This document shows, piece by piece, positions 10,359 through 20,867 of a stretch of DNA of 64,000 bases. The position numbers were made by a program, and so were the translations under genes. The notes beneath the pieces are model-generated. The model was not told the DNA's origin. It was given only the letters and a program-made list of their open reading frames with translations, and searched no databases. The DNA is taken from the NCBI GenBank assembly GCA_965372715.1, contig CBDVDH010000002.1, forward strand, positions 1 to 64,000, read 5' to 3'. Every line of letters begins with the position of its first letter. The first letter of the stretch is position 1. This stretch comes from an uncultured bacterium (lineage in GTDB: Bacteria > B130-G9).

Positions 10359-11829
10359 CGCTACCTCTGGTAAGTCGCTTCTGATAGCCGGGTTTTCGAT
10401 GCGAGGGCTTTTCGGAGGGTTGCTCATCCTCTAGCCACAACGGATGCACAACGAGGGCGCTAAGAAAAAGAAACTGGCCGAAGTAGCTGTATAGAGCACG
10501 TCGAGGATAAAGGACCTCGCTTGTTAAGTTGGCAACGAGCAGTGCGGCAAACAGACATAAGAACTCACGTGCCAGCACTCTTGCCTCAGGCGAGGATGAG
10601 CGCCCAGCGACCCACATTGCTCGTTTCCAGATTCTTATCAGTAACCACAGCCAAATGAGGAGGCCTGGTAGCCCGAGCTCGAAGAACACGTGAGCGTAGC
10701 AGTTGTGAGCGCCACCCCAGCCATACTCGTAACCCATGCCCCAGAGCAGTATTCCGGGATTTTCTGCCAGCCTTTCCCCATACCCGCCATAGATCCGCAT
10801 CCTGCCCCCGCTCAGCCGTGTGGGGTCATATCCCGTAGGTGTTCGCATCTTGTCGATCTCTTTTTGCACCTGTTTCTGACCGACCTCGAAGGGGGCGCCT
10901 CCAAGAACCAAGAACAGCACTAGCGCCCCAATCATTACCCCGGCAAGCGCCTGGACCCTCTTGCGGGAAAAGATCAACGTCATGGCTCCATAAACGCCGA
11001 CCGCCAAGATACCAGTTCTGCTGTGTGCGTTGAAAAGCGGGTATATGAGAAATCCTGAGCACACAGCCAATCCGATTTTGCCCCGAAGGCTGCGGGACAT
11101 CTTTGCCTTGGCCACCAATACCGCCAGCGCCGTAACCATATACATCCGAAGATGCAAATGATGAGGCGCCATTGTTCCGACGTAGTATTGAGGACCATAC
11201 CCGCCCAGCCTCTGGTAGTCCCAGAACGGCCCCATGAGTCCGAGCGACTGCAGCGACGAAAGCACCCCCTGAACCACTGCGCCCGCCAGCAAAACGTTCA
11301 GAAGGAGCCTGATCTGTTTGCTTGTAGTCACCGATGAGCATACGAAAACGAACGCAAGGGCATAGCCAGCAAGCCTGAACCATCGAATGCCAGCACGCGG
11401 GACATCAAGCAATCCCCGGTCTATCGCTACTACAATTATTGAGAAAAGGCAGAAACTGACCAAGTATAGTAAAGGCCTGTTGATTGAGGTCTTCGCTACA
11501 ATTGGCGGCTTGCCCATGAAGATGTCTGCTAGATAAGCCAGGACCATCGCGGCAATGGCGATATCGTAGAGGCGAAATGGGTGCTCACCCAAGAAATGGT
11601 AATAGACCACCGGCAGGCAGTAGGCATACGAGCCGAGGAGAATGGCAAGGCCTACAACACGGTTCTTGAGGATTAGCGCGAATCCCGCAAGTCCAGCAAG
11701 CACTAGAAGGGTCGGCCCAGGGAGGGTACCTTTGGCTATATATGTGCTCCCCAGGAATGCTAGTATCAGAAGTATCGCTCCTGATACTATGGCTTTTTTG
11801 GGGAACGCTCGCGTCAGCATCACACTCAT
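10351..11829 (-). CDS. O-antigen ligase / Wzy-like polytopic membrane protein
   Basis: ~11-12 TM segments; SRTG motif, periplasmic loop with R..I, and AHNCY..VFFELGLPG motif. Confidence 0.85.
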   Translation of the reverse strand: MSVMLTRAFPKKAIVSGAILLILAFLGSTYIAKGTLPGPTLLVLAGLAGFALILKNRVVGLAILLGSYAYCLPVVYYHFLGEHPFRLYDIAIAAMVLAYLADIFMGKPPIVAKTSINRPLLYLVSFCLFSIIVVAIDRGLLDVPRAGIRWFRLAGYALAFVFVCSSVTTSKQIRLLLNVLLAGAVVQGVLSSLQSLGLMGPFWDYQRLGGYGPQYYVGTMAPHHLHLRMYMVTALAVLVAKAKMSRSLRGKIGLAVCSGFLIYPLFNAHSRTGILAVGVYGAMTLIFSRKRVQALAGVMIGALVLFLVLGGAPFEVGQKQVQKEIDKMRTPTGYDPTRLSGGRMRIYGGYGERLAENPGILLWGMGYEYGWGGAHNCYAHVFFELGLPGLLIWLWLLIRIWKRAMWVAGRSSSPEARVLAREFLCLFAALLVANLTSEVLYPRRALYSYFGQFLFLSALVVHPLWLEDEQPSEKPSHRKPGYQKRLTRGSDD

Positions 11830-11896
11830 GACTCTGTTCCTGTTTTTACGGCCGTGGCGGCCCAGGGGTCAGGATGCGTGATCCAAGAATTCATAA

Positions 11897-13075
11897 CTAG
11901 TCCCCCCGGTGTGGTCCATTCTTCGCGAGCAACTGCAGGTATATTTCCTCATACCTTGCCGTGCATGCCTCAATGCTGAAATCCTTGGCTCGCTCAACGG
12001 CAGCAGTCGAGAGTTGGGAGGCTCGCTCTTCATTTTCCAGCACTTTGATTATCGCTTCCGCCAGAGCTTTCGGGTCTTTCGGGGGAACCAAGAGCCCGGC
12101 CTTGCCGTAATCAAGCGACTCAGTTATGCCACTAACCTTCGTTCCGATGCAAGGTAATCCTGCTGCCATCGCCTCAACTAGGGCGATGGGCAGCCCTTCC
12201 CAAAGAGAAGGGAGTATGAACACGTCCATGCCTCGGAGAAGCTCCGGTATGTCTCGGCGACGGCCCAAGAATACAAACTTGTCGTCTATTTCCAGTCTCT
12301 TGACCTGTTCTTCCAGAGCTCCTCTGAGACGACCATCTCCTATCACAACGAAACGGCAGTCGATCCCACTATCGATCACCATGCGAGCCGCCTCAACAAG
12401 ATACTTGTGCCCCTTCTGTTCACACATGCTGCCTACGGTACCGACGACTTTTTTGCCGTCCGAATTCATTAGTCGCTTTGCCTCTGCCTTGCTTGTCTTC
12501 ACGCCACCGAACGCTAAGAGATCCACACCGTTGGGGATCACCAGGATACCTTCCTTCCTGCGCCAGAGATTCGATGCCATGTTCGCCCCGACGGAGTCGG
12601 AGACGGCGGTCCTAATATCAATGTATGGTCTGCAGACAATCTCGTAGGCTCTTTGGCGAGCTCTCTGAAGCGCCGTTATTTTGAAAGTATTGTGCTGTGT
12701 CATCAAGATGGATGGAACGCGCCCGCGCTTGGCTGCTATAACCTGCCAGAGCACGGACCAATTGGCATGGCTGTGCAGAATATCGGGTTTGACGGTCCGT
12801 AGGAGACCACAGAAATCTCTGGCAAACCCAATCAGCCGGCCCCGTCGAACCAAGCATTCGTAAACGGGCACTCCCAGCGCTAGAACATCCTTTAAAAACG
12901 GCCCCTCCCTGCATAACACGCAGCAGACAGAAACATCATACCCGCCTTTCTTGACAAGAAGCTTGCACATGTCCGCGACGAGTCGCTCAATGCCGCCTAG
13001 ATGCAGCGAACCGACGAGGTGCATCACTTTGATTCTTTCTGTGGCGTTGTCAGCAGTGCACATTCCGTCAATCAT
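11897..13075 (-). CDS. GT4 glycosyltransferase
   Basis: GGIER, EQKGH and EGLPIALVEAMAAG motifs. Confidence 0.9.
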   Translation of the reverse strand: MIDGMCTADNATERIKVMHLVGSLHLGGIERLVADMCKLLVKKGGYDVSVCCVLCREGPFLKDVLALGVPVYECLVRRGRLIGFARDFCGLLRTVKPDILHSHANWSVLWQVIAAKRGRVPSILMTQHNTFKITALQRARQRAYEIVCRPYIDIRTAVSDSVGANMASNLWRRKEGILVIPNGVDLLAFGGVKTSKAEAKRLMNSDGKKVVGTVGSMCEQKGHKYLVEAARMVIDSGIDCRFVVIGDGRLRGALEEQVKRLEIDDKFVFLGRRRDIPELLRGMDVFILPSLWEGLPIALVEAMAAGLPCIGTKVSGITESLDYGKAGLLVPPKDPKALAEAIIKVLENEERASQLSTAAVERAKDFSIEACTARYEEIYLQLLAKNGPHRGD

Positions 13076-14237
13076 CGTTCATCCACTCCGGCGTTCTTAG
13101 TTTTACTTCCCACGATTCCTCGAGTATTGCCTTGATCTGAATCATGAGGTCCTCGCGGGTCTTGTTTTCTATCCATTTCCGACCTGCGCGTGATAACCTA
13201 GCAAACAGTTTCTCGTCTGTTGCAAGCCTCGTCATCGCCTCGGTTAGACCCTTGACATCCCCTGGTTTGACCAAGAGGCCTCTTTCATTGTCACCTAGAA
13301 TCATGGGCAGCGTGCTGATGTTCGAACAGATACTCGGCAGGCCGTAACTCATCGCCTCCATCGGCGTCTTCGGCCAACCCTCTGAATCGGACACTAGGAC
13401 TAGAATCTGGCCCTGCGAATAGAACTCATTCAGCCGATCCTGATGAAGGCGACCATGAAACACAACGGATTCCGAGAGACCCAGTTCCTGCGCTAGTACC
13501 TCCACAGTAGCTCGCGCGGGGCCATCCCCCACAACATCTAGAACGACACCCGCGACAAGCTCTGCTCTGGCCTTGGCGAAGGCGCGCAGGATACAATCGA
13601 CGTTCTTGTTCCGGTCGATTCTCCCGACGAAGAGAAAGCGAGCGGGGCCAAGCAGTCTCTTCCTCGATGCGATCTCCGATCTAGCCTCCATCTGCTCTCT
13701 CGTAATGCTCGTATTGAATACTGAATAGATGTGGCCTCGATTCCCCTGCCATTTAGCATTGACGGTTACAGGCCCCTTAAAGCCTCGTCGCGATAGGAGA
13801 GACTTCTGAATCCTGTTGACGAGTCGCTCGCCATCATAATTCGCCCACTGTCCGGCGTATTTGGCACATTTGGGCTTGCTTGAAAAAAGCGTGGCTATGG
13901 CTCCCGCAAGACCAATGGGATCAGCACACCGAACGTGAACCGCATCACAGTAGCGCAATGCCTTCAGGATACGCGCTACATTGCCGGGAAGACCCAATAG
14001 CCTCCCAAGCCTGGTAGATAATCTAGTTCCTGCCTTCATTGGACAATCAGTGATAGTGTATCCCGCTCCGTATTCGATCGCATCATCGTGAGGCGCCTCC
14101 GATGACAACGGTGCGCAGATATGCACTTCCTCAAAAAAGTCAGAAAATATGCGCAGGTCTCTCACGAAATACGCTGAACTCATCACGCGCCCTTCGTTTA
14201 GCCAGTGCGGGACATGCGTTGCGACAAGCAATTTCAT
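13068..14237 (-). CDS. GT4 glycosyltransferase
   Basis: VGRIDRNKN and SEGWPKTPMEAMSYG motifs. Confidence 0.85.
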   Translation of the reverse strand: MKLLVATHVPHWLNEGRVMSSAYFVRDLRIFSDFFEEVHICAPLSSEAPHDDAIEYGAGYTITDCPMKAGTRLSTRLGRLLGLPGNVARILKALRYCDAVHVRCADPIGLAGAIATLFSSKPKCAKYAGQWANYDGERLVNRIQKSLLSRRGFKGPVTVNAKWQGNRGHIYSVFNTSITREQMEARSEIASRKRLLGPARFLFVGRIDRNKNVDCILRAFAKARAELVAGVVLDVVGDGPARATVEVLAQELGLSESVVFHGRLHQDRLNEFYSQGQILVLVSDSEGWPKTPMEAMSYGLPSICSNISTLPMILGDNERGLLVKPGDVKGLTEAMTRLATDEKLFARLSRAGRKWIENKTREDLMIQIKAILEESWEVKLRTPEWMNDD

Positions 14238-14322
14238 GGTTCAGGTTTCTTCACTTAAAGCTACTTAAGATGTCAGGCTAACGGGATCTCAATTTGCACA
14301 ACTCAAACACAAGTCAGCTATC

Positions 14323-15498
14323 TTAGAATCCCCCAATCCCTTTCCTTCGCTCGGACTGGTCCTTCCTGAAACGTTTGATACACTCCTCGTAGAACTCAAT
14401 GTTCTTAGGCACCAGCACGTCGGGTGAAAAGTGTTTCTCCACCCTCCGCCTTGCGTTGCGTCCCATCCTTTCCGCAAAGACACGGTCTTTGAGAACCATC
14501 AACACCTTCTCTGCAATGTCTTTGGGGTCAAACGGATCACAGAGCAAACCGCTTTTGCCGTTTTCTATCACCTCAGGTCCGGGCCCAGTCTTGCTGGCCA
14601 CAACTGCTTTGCCGCACGACATAGCCTCCAACCAAGCTAAGGGCATCGCCTCCATGCGAGAGGGGAGAACGACAACAGATGCGCCCTGCAAGTAAGTTGG
14701 GACCGCTAAGTGTGGTACCGTGCCCACGAAATCTATCCTGTCGAGAACCTGCTTAGGAACTAGCTGCTTCAGGTTATATACATTGGATTTGTGACTCACC
14801 TCATCCAATTGATCCTTCCCGATGATGGACAGCCGTGCCCCCGGATGACCTCGAATTATCTGAGGCATAGCTCGAACCAGCTCATAGACGCCCTTATGTC
14901 GCTTGATCGTTCCTATAAAGACCAGCTGGCCACTGTTTATCTTCGCGGCGACTGGCACAAACCGATCCGTGTCAACCGGATTCGGGATGACGGTTACGCG
15001 GTCCCGGTCGAGCTTAAGAAGTTCGCATGTGGAATCTGCCACGAACTCACTAACAGCTACGATATTGTCCGAGCATCGATACGCGCGCCTTTCCAGCCAG
15101 GCTCTCACCCAGCGAACTTTATGACCCAGATGGTGAGAGTAGAAAGAATGTCCCCCATGGAGGCGCACAACTGTCGAGACCGGCAAGGAGAAGGGCAGGA
15201 ACTTGGCCATCTCATCATTGGCCTCGACCACATCGATTCCTTCGGTTTCCATCAGGTTCCGCAGCTTCCTTCTGATCCGCATGGCGCGAAGCGGAACGCC
15301 AGCGCGGCCGAAGGGGGCTAATTTGACTTTTTCAACACGGACTTCGTTGTTCTCGAAGTGCATCTGTTTGGGATAGGGACCGACGACGAAGACAGTGTGT
15401 CTTCTTCGCACGAGCTCGGCCGCAAGCGTCTTTACAAAGGTACCAACGCCCCCATGCCTGGCTGGTGGATATTCGTTACATAAAAAACAAATTCTCAA
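14323..15498 (-). CDS. GT4 glycosyltransferase
   Basis: MRICFLCNEYPP-HGG and EAMPLAWLEAMSCG motifs; close paralog of the next gene. Confidence 0.9.
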   Translation of the reverse strand: MRICFLCNEYPPARHGGVGTFVKTLAAELVRRRHTVFVVGPYPKQMHFENNEVRVEKVKLAPFGRAGVPLRAMRIRRKLRNLMETEGIDVVEANDEMAKFLPFSLPVSTVVRLHGGHSFYSHHLGHKVRWVRAWLERRAYRCSDNIVAVSEFVADSTCELLKLDRDRVTVIPNPVDTDRFVPVAAKINSGQLVFIGTIKRHKGVYELVRAMPQIIRGHPGARLSIIGKDQLDEVSHKSNVYNLKQLVPKQVLDRIDFVGTVPHLAVPTYLQGASVVVLPSRMEAMPLAWLEAMSCGKAVVASKTGPGPEVIENGKSGLLCDPFDPKDIAEKVLMVLKDRVFAERMGRNARRRVEKHFSPDVLVPKNIEFYEECIKRFRKDQSERRKGIGGF

Positions 15499-16694
15499 CG
15501 CCGTGACTCCATTCGATTTCGTCGAAAGGCATGCTTTCGTCTTTTGGCCTTAAAGCTCCTGATGCATTCCTCGTAGAACTCGATGTTCTTGGGCACCAGC
15601 ACGTCAGTTGAAAAGCGCTCCTCCACCCTCCGCCTCGCGTTTCGCCCCAGCCTGGCAGCGAGCTCGGGGTCCTTCAGAATAGTTATTATCTTCTCTGCAA
15701 TGTCCTTGGGGTCGTACGGGTCGCAGAGCAACCCGCTAACCCCATCCTCAATCACCTCCGGTCCCGGCCCGAGCTTGGTAAACACCGTAGGACGCCCACA
15801 AGCCATCGCCTCGACAGCGACGATCCCCTGGGATTCCATGTGGGAAGGGAAGACGCAGACATGTCCCCGACGGAACAGCCCCGGCATTTGGGAGTGCTCT
15901 ACGTGACCCAAGAATCTAGCCGTTTCCTTCGTCCGATCGTCCATGCCCTTCTCCAAAAAGGCCCGAGTGGACAATCGGGTTCTGGGGATTCGATAGTCTC
16001 TCCCCGCGACCAGCAATTTAGCCTCAGGGAACTTCTTGAGAATTATGGGCATTGCCTCTATCAGCTCATGGATCCCTTTTTGGCGAACAATGGTGCCTGC
16101 GAAGACTATTGTTCCCCTTTGCGCCTTCACCTCCGGCAACGGGCGGAATTCATCAACATCTATTGGATTTGGAATGACCGGAACATTGGCTCTATTCAGC
16201 CTCACGAGTCGTGCTGTCTCGGTCACAACGAACTGACTGACGCCAACAAGGAAATCAATCCGTCTTAGATAGTGCTTTTCCACCGTCGCCTGCAAGCGCC
16301 TCGTCTTGACCCCTGCGAAGTGGCAGAAGAAATGATGGCCTCCGTGCAAGCGGACGACAGTCGGCAGTGCCCCAGACCATGGTAACATAGCTGAGGTGCC
16401 CTCGCCAGCTTCGATGATGTCAATTCCGTGCTCTCGTTCTAAGGCCTTGATCGCTCGGGAAAGGATCCGACGCCGGGAGAGCACATTTGGGGCTAGCCAG
16501 TGCCGGGTGCTGAGTTTCATAACGCGCACACCTTGATCCTCTGATATGCCTTCACTAGGATAAAACCTCAACACGAAAACCCTGTGTCCTTGCTTGACAA
16601 GAGCCCGCCCTAGTGTCTGAACAAATGAGCCAATCCCCCCACGCGACGCAATGTCTGGAAGAGGGTATTCCGAGCAAACATAGCAGACATTCAT
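15495..16694 (-). CDS. GT4 glycosyltransferase
   Basis: MNVCYVCSEYP--GGIG and ESQGIVAVEAMACG motifs. Confidence 0.9.
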   Translation of the reverse strand: MNVCYVCSEYPLPDIASRGGIGSFVQTLGRALVKQGHRVFVLRFYPSEGISEDQGVRVMKLSTRHWLAPNVLSRRRILSRAIKALEREHGIDIIEAGEGTSAMLPWSGALPTVVRLHGGHHFFCHFAGVKTRRLQATVEKHYLRRIDFLVGVSQFVVTETARLVRLNRANVPVIPNPIDVDEFRPLPEVKAQRGTIVFAGTIVRQKGIHELIEAMPIILKKFPEAKLLVAGRDYRIPRTRLSTRAFLEKGMDDRTKETARFLGHVEHSQMPGLFRRGHVCVFPSHMESQGIVAVEAMACGRPTVFTKLGPGPEVIEDGVSGLLCDPYDPKDIAEKIITILKDPELAARLGRNARRRVEERFSTDVLVPKNIEFYEECIRSFKAKRRKHAFRRNRMESRR

Positions 16695-16762
16695 GAAATC
16701 ATTATCTCGACTCTCTCGCTAATCCAGTTGAATGATCCCCGATGTTAGGATTGCCATGCCAA

Positions 16763-18217
16763 TTACAAGCGATCGTCAGAGGTTCCTCCTTCACGCTCTG
16801 CCATTGGTTGCCCTTCCAGACGAAGTAGGTCGAGCACCTCTGAGACTATACGATGTGAGCTCTTGCCGAAGTATCCCGCAAATGACATTTCGGTAAGTTT
16901 CTGTCTCTCGGCTCTGCCATCCGAGGGATGCCTCAGATAGGAATCGACGAATTCGGTCAGTTCGGCCTGCGTCAATGCGATCTTCGCTGCACCAAGCTCG
17001 ACAATTGGTCTATATATATCCTGCTCCCAGAGATTGACCAAGGAAACAGCAGGAGTATCGGTTCCAGGTGGGTCATACCCTATATTGACGACTGGTCTGT
17101 CCATTCCAGCAAAATCGAGCGTCACCGTTGACGGCACGCTGATGTTGACCGCCGAATGGAAGATGAGGTTCATCCATATCTTGACGTCGTTGAGGCTGCT
17201 GCAGATCCATGAAATGTCTCGCCGGACCTCCCAGCCCGGTTCACAAAGATAGCAATCGAGGTATTCTCGAGCCAGGTCCGTGAACGCCGGGTCAGAACCG
17301 ATAGGATTGAGCCGAACTACAACCTGAGGCTTTCCGTAGAGATGCTTGGCTTCGATAGCTTCAAGGAAGCCTCGAAGAATGCGCGCCTCGTTAAGCACTG
17401 TTCTGGGAGCAGCGGCTGAATAGCAGATCAGAGGTCTGGAGGGATCGAATCCTATCATTTGGGCGAATTCCTCGCGTGGCATGATCAGCGTCTTGTCGCA
17501 GTGAAAGTCGAATTGAGGAGAACCAGCAGCAACGACGTTCTCAGGGCGTAATCTAAGATTGCGCTCGAGAAGAAACTGCCTCATGTTCTCACTCCAGACA
17601 ATCTGACGATCAGTGTCCCAGAATATACGGGCGCACTTGTAAATGTTGTTCCAATTCTGAGGGAGGCCAATGGTCTTTGCGCCCATATCCTGGGCGACGA
17701 GAAAGATGACATTGCTGGACGGGCTCAGATAATCAGCCGCCAGGATCACCTTAGGCTCCAATTCCTCCAGCAGCGCTCTGGCAGCCCTGGCCTTCCTCAG
17801 GGCCTTCTTGCCAAGCTGGCGCTGGGTGAAATCAATCGCTTGTATGCTGGCCCTGTTCGCCAGTAACGGCGCTACCTTGGTCTTGACCTTGGCCAGCGGG
17901 CTCTTCGGCCTCAGCTGGATAGCATAATACTCGTCGGAAACAAACTCCCCCTGGGACAGGCGCCATTCACCATGGGCCTTGTTGCCCAACGCGTGGCAGC
18001 GGGCAAACCACGGGTCTATCGGGAACTCTGGCAAAGAAACTACGGAAACTCCCTCCGCAAGATGATGGGCAAACTCACCGTCCACGATCCGTGAGACCAC
18101 CGTCACCGGCATGTGCCTCGCAAGCTTCTCCACAAACCCGCTGTAGATGTAGGACCTCACCTCGCTGCCCCAGTGGACGAGAAGCACAGCCCCACCCTTT
18201 TGGACAGTTGACGTCAT
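16763..18217 (-). CDS. GT-B fold protein, CDP-glycerol glycerophosphotransferase/UDP-glycosyltransferase-like
   Basis: W-N, VWSE-M, GSPQFDFH and STVTLD--GMDRPVVNI motifs. Confidence 0.6.
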   Translation of the reverse strand: MTSTVQKGGAVLLVHWGSEVRSYIYSGFVEKLARHMPVTVVSRIVDGEFAHHLAEGVSVVSLPEFPIDPWFARCHALGNKAHGEWRLSQGEFVSDEYYAIQLRPKSPLAKVKTKVAPLLANRASIQAIDFTQRQLGKKALRKARAARALLEELEPKVILAADYLSPSSNVIFLVAQDMGAKTIGLPQNWNNIYKCARIFWDTDRQIVWSENMRQFLLERNLRLRPENVVAAGSPQFDFHCDKTLIMPREEFAQMIGFDPSRPLICYSAAAPRTVLNEARILRGFLEAIEAKHLYGKPQVVVRLNPIGSDPAFTDLAREYLDCYLCEPGWEVRRDISWICSSLNDVKIWMNLIFHSAVNISVPSTVTLDFAGMDRPVVNIGYDPPGTDTPAVSLVNLWEQDIYRPIVELGAAKIALTQAELTEFVDSYLRHPSDGRAERQKLTEMSFAGYFGKSSHRIVSEVLDLLRLEGQPMAEREGGTSDDRL

Positions 18218-18276
18218 TAATCCGCTCCGCTGTTTGGTCTCACCGCACTTCGCACTTCAAGGGGAGTCCCCATGGC

Positions 18277-19461
18277 TCATAGAAACCTTTCGATATAGGC
18301 TCGGAAATCTTTAACCATCCGATCTATCGTGAATCGCTCTAAGACAGTCTGCCTCGCATTGCGGCCAAGCCTAGCCCGAAGCTCCGCGTCGTCGAGCAGG
18401 CGAATAATCTGCCTGGCCCACTCATCAGGATCGAGGTAATTGTCGATCAGAATACCATCCTTCTCGTGAGTTATGATCTCCGGTATCCCGCCTCGCCTCG
18501 AACAGATCATTGGAAGCCCACACGCCATCCCCTCAATTACTGTCATGCCGAACGCCTCCTCACAAAGCGACGGGACCACGCCTAAGCTAGCACGCTGACA
18601 AGCCTCAACAACCTTCTTGCCAGAGAGGTTGCCGGCGAAAGTGATATTACTTGGACTAGTCCGTTCGGCCAGCAGCCTCAGGCCTATTTCGTAGCTTGAG
18701 TTACCCAGCTGACCCTCCGGCAAGTCATGTCTGCTGGCGCCCACAAAAACGAATTGAGCCTCCGGCTTGGCCCGAAGCACCTTAGGGATGGCTTTCAGGA
18801 TGATATGAGCACCTTTGTTCTGATCGAGTCGCCCGACGTAAAGGACTTCACACCGGTCAGGATGCGCTGTGTCTGAGGCCCTGTTTGGCATCCAAAACGT
18901 CGGGTCCAGGCCGTTGTGAACAACATGCCCCTCCGGGTCGCCGTCCAGAATATACGAACGCATCGAAAGGAGAACGAAGCTCGAGACCGCAATGACCGCG
19001 GTGACTGACGAGCGGTGTCGGCAGAGATACCTGCTTGACGGGACGTTGTGCTGATAGAGTATGATTGGCTGCTCGAGGCCTCTGGCTCGAAGAGAGGTTG
19101 CGTAGTGAAGTCTGTTATTCAAGATGATCACCTTCGGTGACCACTCACGTATGGTGGCGGCTGCTTTGCCCAAGTAACGGCGTTCCCGAGCTATACCCCA
19201 TGTCTTTCGCCAGAGATGCCTGGCCCTTCCGCGATACTCTCTAGGTGCCCGGTCACCCACTATCACATGGGAGTATCTTATCCTACCGTTCTGGTCCCTC
19301 GGGCTTCGTCCAAGGCTGCGAACCCACGGGGAGATTACGCCAACATCCAGGTCACCGAACGCCTCGATGATCGAGAACAGAAGCGTCTCGGGGGCGCCGC
19401 CACGAACGGGCGGAATAGGAAGAATCGGATCAGTGATATGGGCTAGAAAAAGAACGTCCAT
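18277..19461 (-). CDS. GT4 glycosyltransferase
   Basis: IPPVRGGA, VGRLDQNKG and EEAFGMTVIEGMACG motifs. Confidence 0.9.
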   Translation of the reverse strand: MDVLFLAHITDPILPIPPVRGGAPETLLFSIIEAFGDLDVGVISPWVRSLGRSPRDQNGRIRYSHVIVGDRAPREYRGRARHLWRKTWGIARERRYLGKAAATIREWSPKVIILNNRLHYATSLRARGLEQPIILYQHNVPSSRYLCRHRSSVTAVIAVSSFVLLSMRSYILDGDPEGHVVHNGLDPTFWMPNRASDTAHPDRCEVLYVGRLDQNKGAHIILKAIPKVLRAKPEAQFVFVGASRHDLPEGQLGNSSYEIGLRLLAERTSPSNITFAGNLSGKKVVEACQRASLGVVPSLCEEAFGMTVIEGMACGLPMICSRRGGIPEIITHEKDGILIDNYLDPDEWARQIIRLLDDAELRARLGRNARQTVLERFTIDRMVKDFRAYIERFL

Positions 19462-19469
19462 TGTTAATC

Positions 19470-20780
19470 TCAGTCGGCCTCAGCGTTATTCTGTGCCGTG
19501 TTGTTTCCTAGTTGATGTTTTTCATCTTCAATGGCAGTCAGTTCGCTCGCATCTTGACCGTCTCGCAGGCCACGCAGACGTTCCAGAGCTGTTTGCACGT
19601 GGCCTGTCAAGGCCTTACCTACTACTATCTTCATGAGAAGCCGCCGGTATTGACCCAGTAGCATTAGACGGGGGAAACTCTTCAGTCCTCTTAATAGCCA
19701 CTGCCGCGCCTCGTTACCCGAACCAGATAAAAAGGCGGTCTTTGCCAGCGCAAGGCTGAATATCCCCTTTTCCACAGAGAGAGAACCGGTGTCGAGGCGG
19801 ATCTTGTTAGAAGACTGCCTTGCCGCGGCTTGAAGTGTCTCCAGAGCGAGGCGCCACGCCTCCCCGAGATTCCAGTGCTCAGATGGGTCGCGATGGGGGA
19901 ACTTGGGATCGCCGTGTCGTATCACGTGCTGCCAGTTGTCCACGCGCTGAAACGCAAGAGGGTCGAACTTCAGGGCCTTGACCCAAGCGTTCACGGCAGC
20001 CTCCTTCTCGCCGAGTTTCAGACGGTCCGCCCCAGCTACCACCCAAACCTGTGCATAAGCACGTTGGCGGGCCTCAACAGGCCATCGGTCTGCATCGGGA
20101 GCCTTGAAGTACTTATCGAGTACTTTCAGCCGGTTGTTCCGGAGCTTGTCGGGGTCCCTTTTGGTCAAGCTCGAGCTTCGCGTGAGCGCAGAGGCAACCA
20201 CATCATTGATCCCCATGAACCTACAGCCTGCATCCCGCAGTCGCCAGAAAAAATCAATGTCAACACAGGCTCTCAGATTCTCATCGAACCCGCCCACAGC
20301 CTCGACCCATTCCCTTCTAACTAACGCCGCGTTGGGGGCAAACCACCACGTAAGCGACAGTCCATCGGTCCAGTCGCGGAGAGCAACGCAGCCGCAAACT
20401 CTCACGGCATTAGTCTCCTCCGACACCACCTCATATCTTCCATACGAAAGCCCAATATCAAGATTCTGGCTTAGGATCGCAACATGAGTTTCCATGCTTC
20501 TCGGCATGACCGTATCGTCTGAATCAAGGAAGCAGATATATTCCCCGCTCGATGCCTGAATCCCCGCATTCCGGGCCGCTGCCACGCCTCGATGCTCTAG
20601 CGCCAGGACCTTTATCCTGCTTTCGTACTCCCCGAGAACTTGAAGCGTCCCATCAGTTGACCCATCATCAACGACGATTATCTCGACCTCTTTTAGCGTT
20701 TGCGCCAGTACACTCTCAATCGCACGAGCGACGTGCTTCTCGTCGTTATAGACGGGAATGATCACGCTGACAATGGCCAT
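19470..20780 (-). CDS. GT2 glycosyltransferase with C-terminal helical extension
   Basis: VSVIIPVYND, VDDGSTD, ARNAG and FLDSDD motifs. Confidence 0.9.
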   Translation of the reverse strand: MAIVSVIIPVYNDEKHVARAIESVLAQTLKEVEIIVVDDGSTDGTLQVLGEYESRIKVLALEHRGVAAARNAGIQASSGEYICFLDSDDTVMPRSMETHVAILSQNLDIGLSYGRYEVVSEETNAVRVCGCVALRDWTDGLSLTWWFAPNAALVRREWVEAVGGFDENLRACVDIDFFWRLRDAGCRFMGINDVVASALTRSSSLTKRDPDKLRNNRLKVLDKYFKAPDADRWPVEARQRAYAQVWVVAGADRLKLGEKEAAVNAWVKALKFDPLAFQRVDNWQHVIRHGDPKFPHRDPSEHWNLGEAWRLALETLQAAARQSSNKIRLDTGSLSVEKGIFSLALAKTAFLSGSGNEARQWLLRGLKSFPRLMLLGQYRRLLMKIVVGKALTGHVQTALERLRGLRDGQDASELTAIEDEKHQLGNNTAQNNAEAD

Positions 20781-20867
20781 TAGAACTTCCTCTGAGGACT
20801 AGCAGTTCTCATTTCATCTCCCAACCCGAGGCAAGTCTTCAATACACTTCCATTCTATCAGCCAGTC

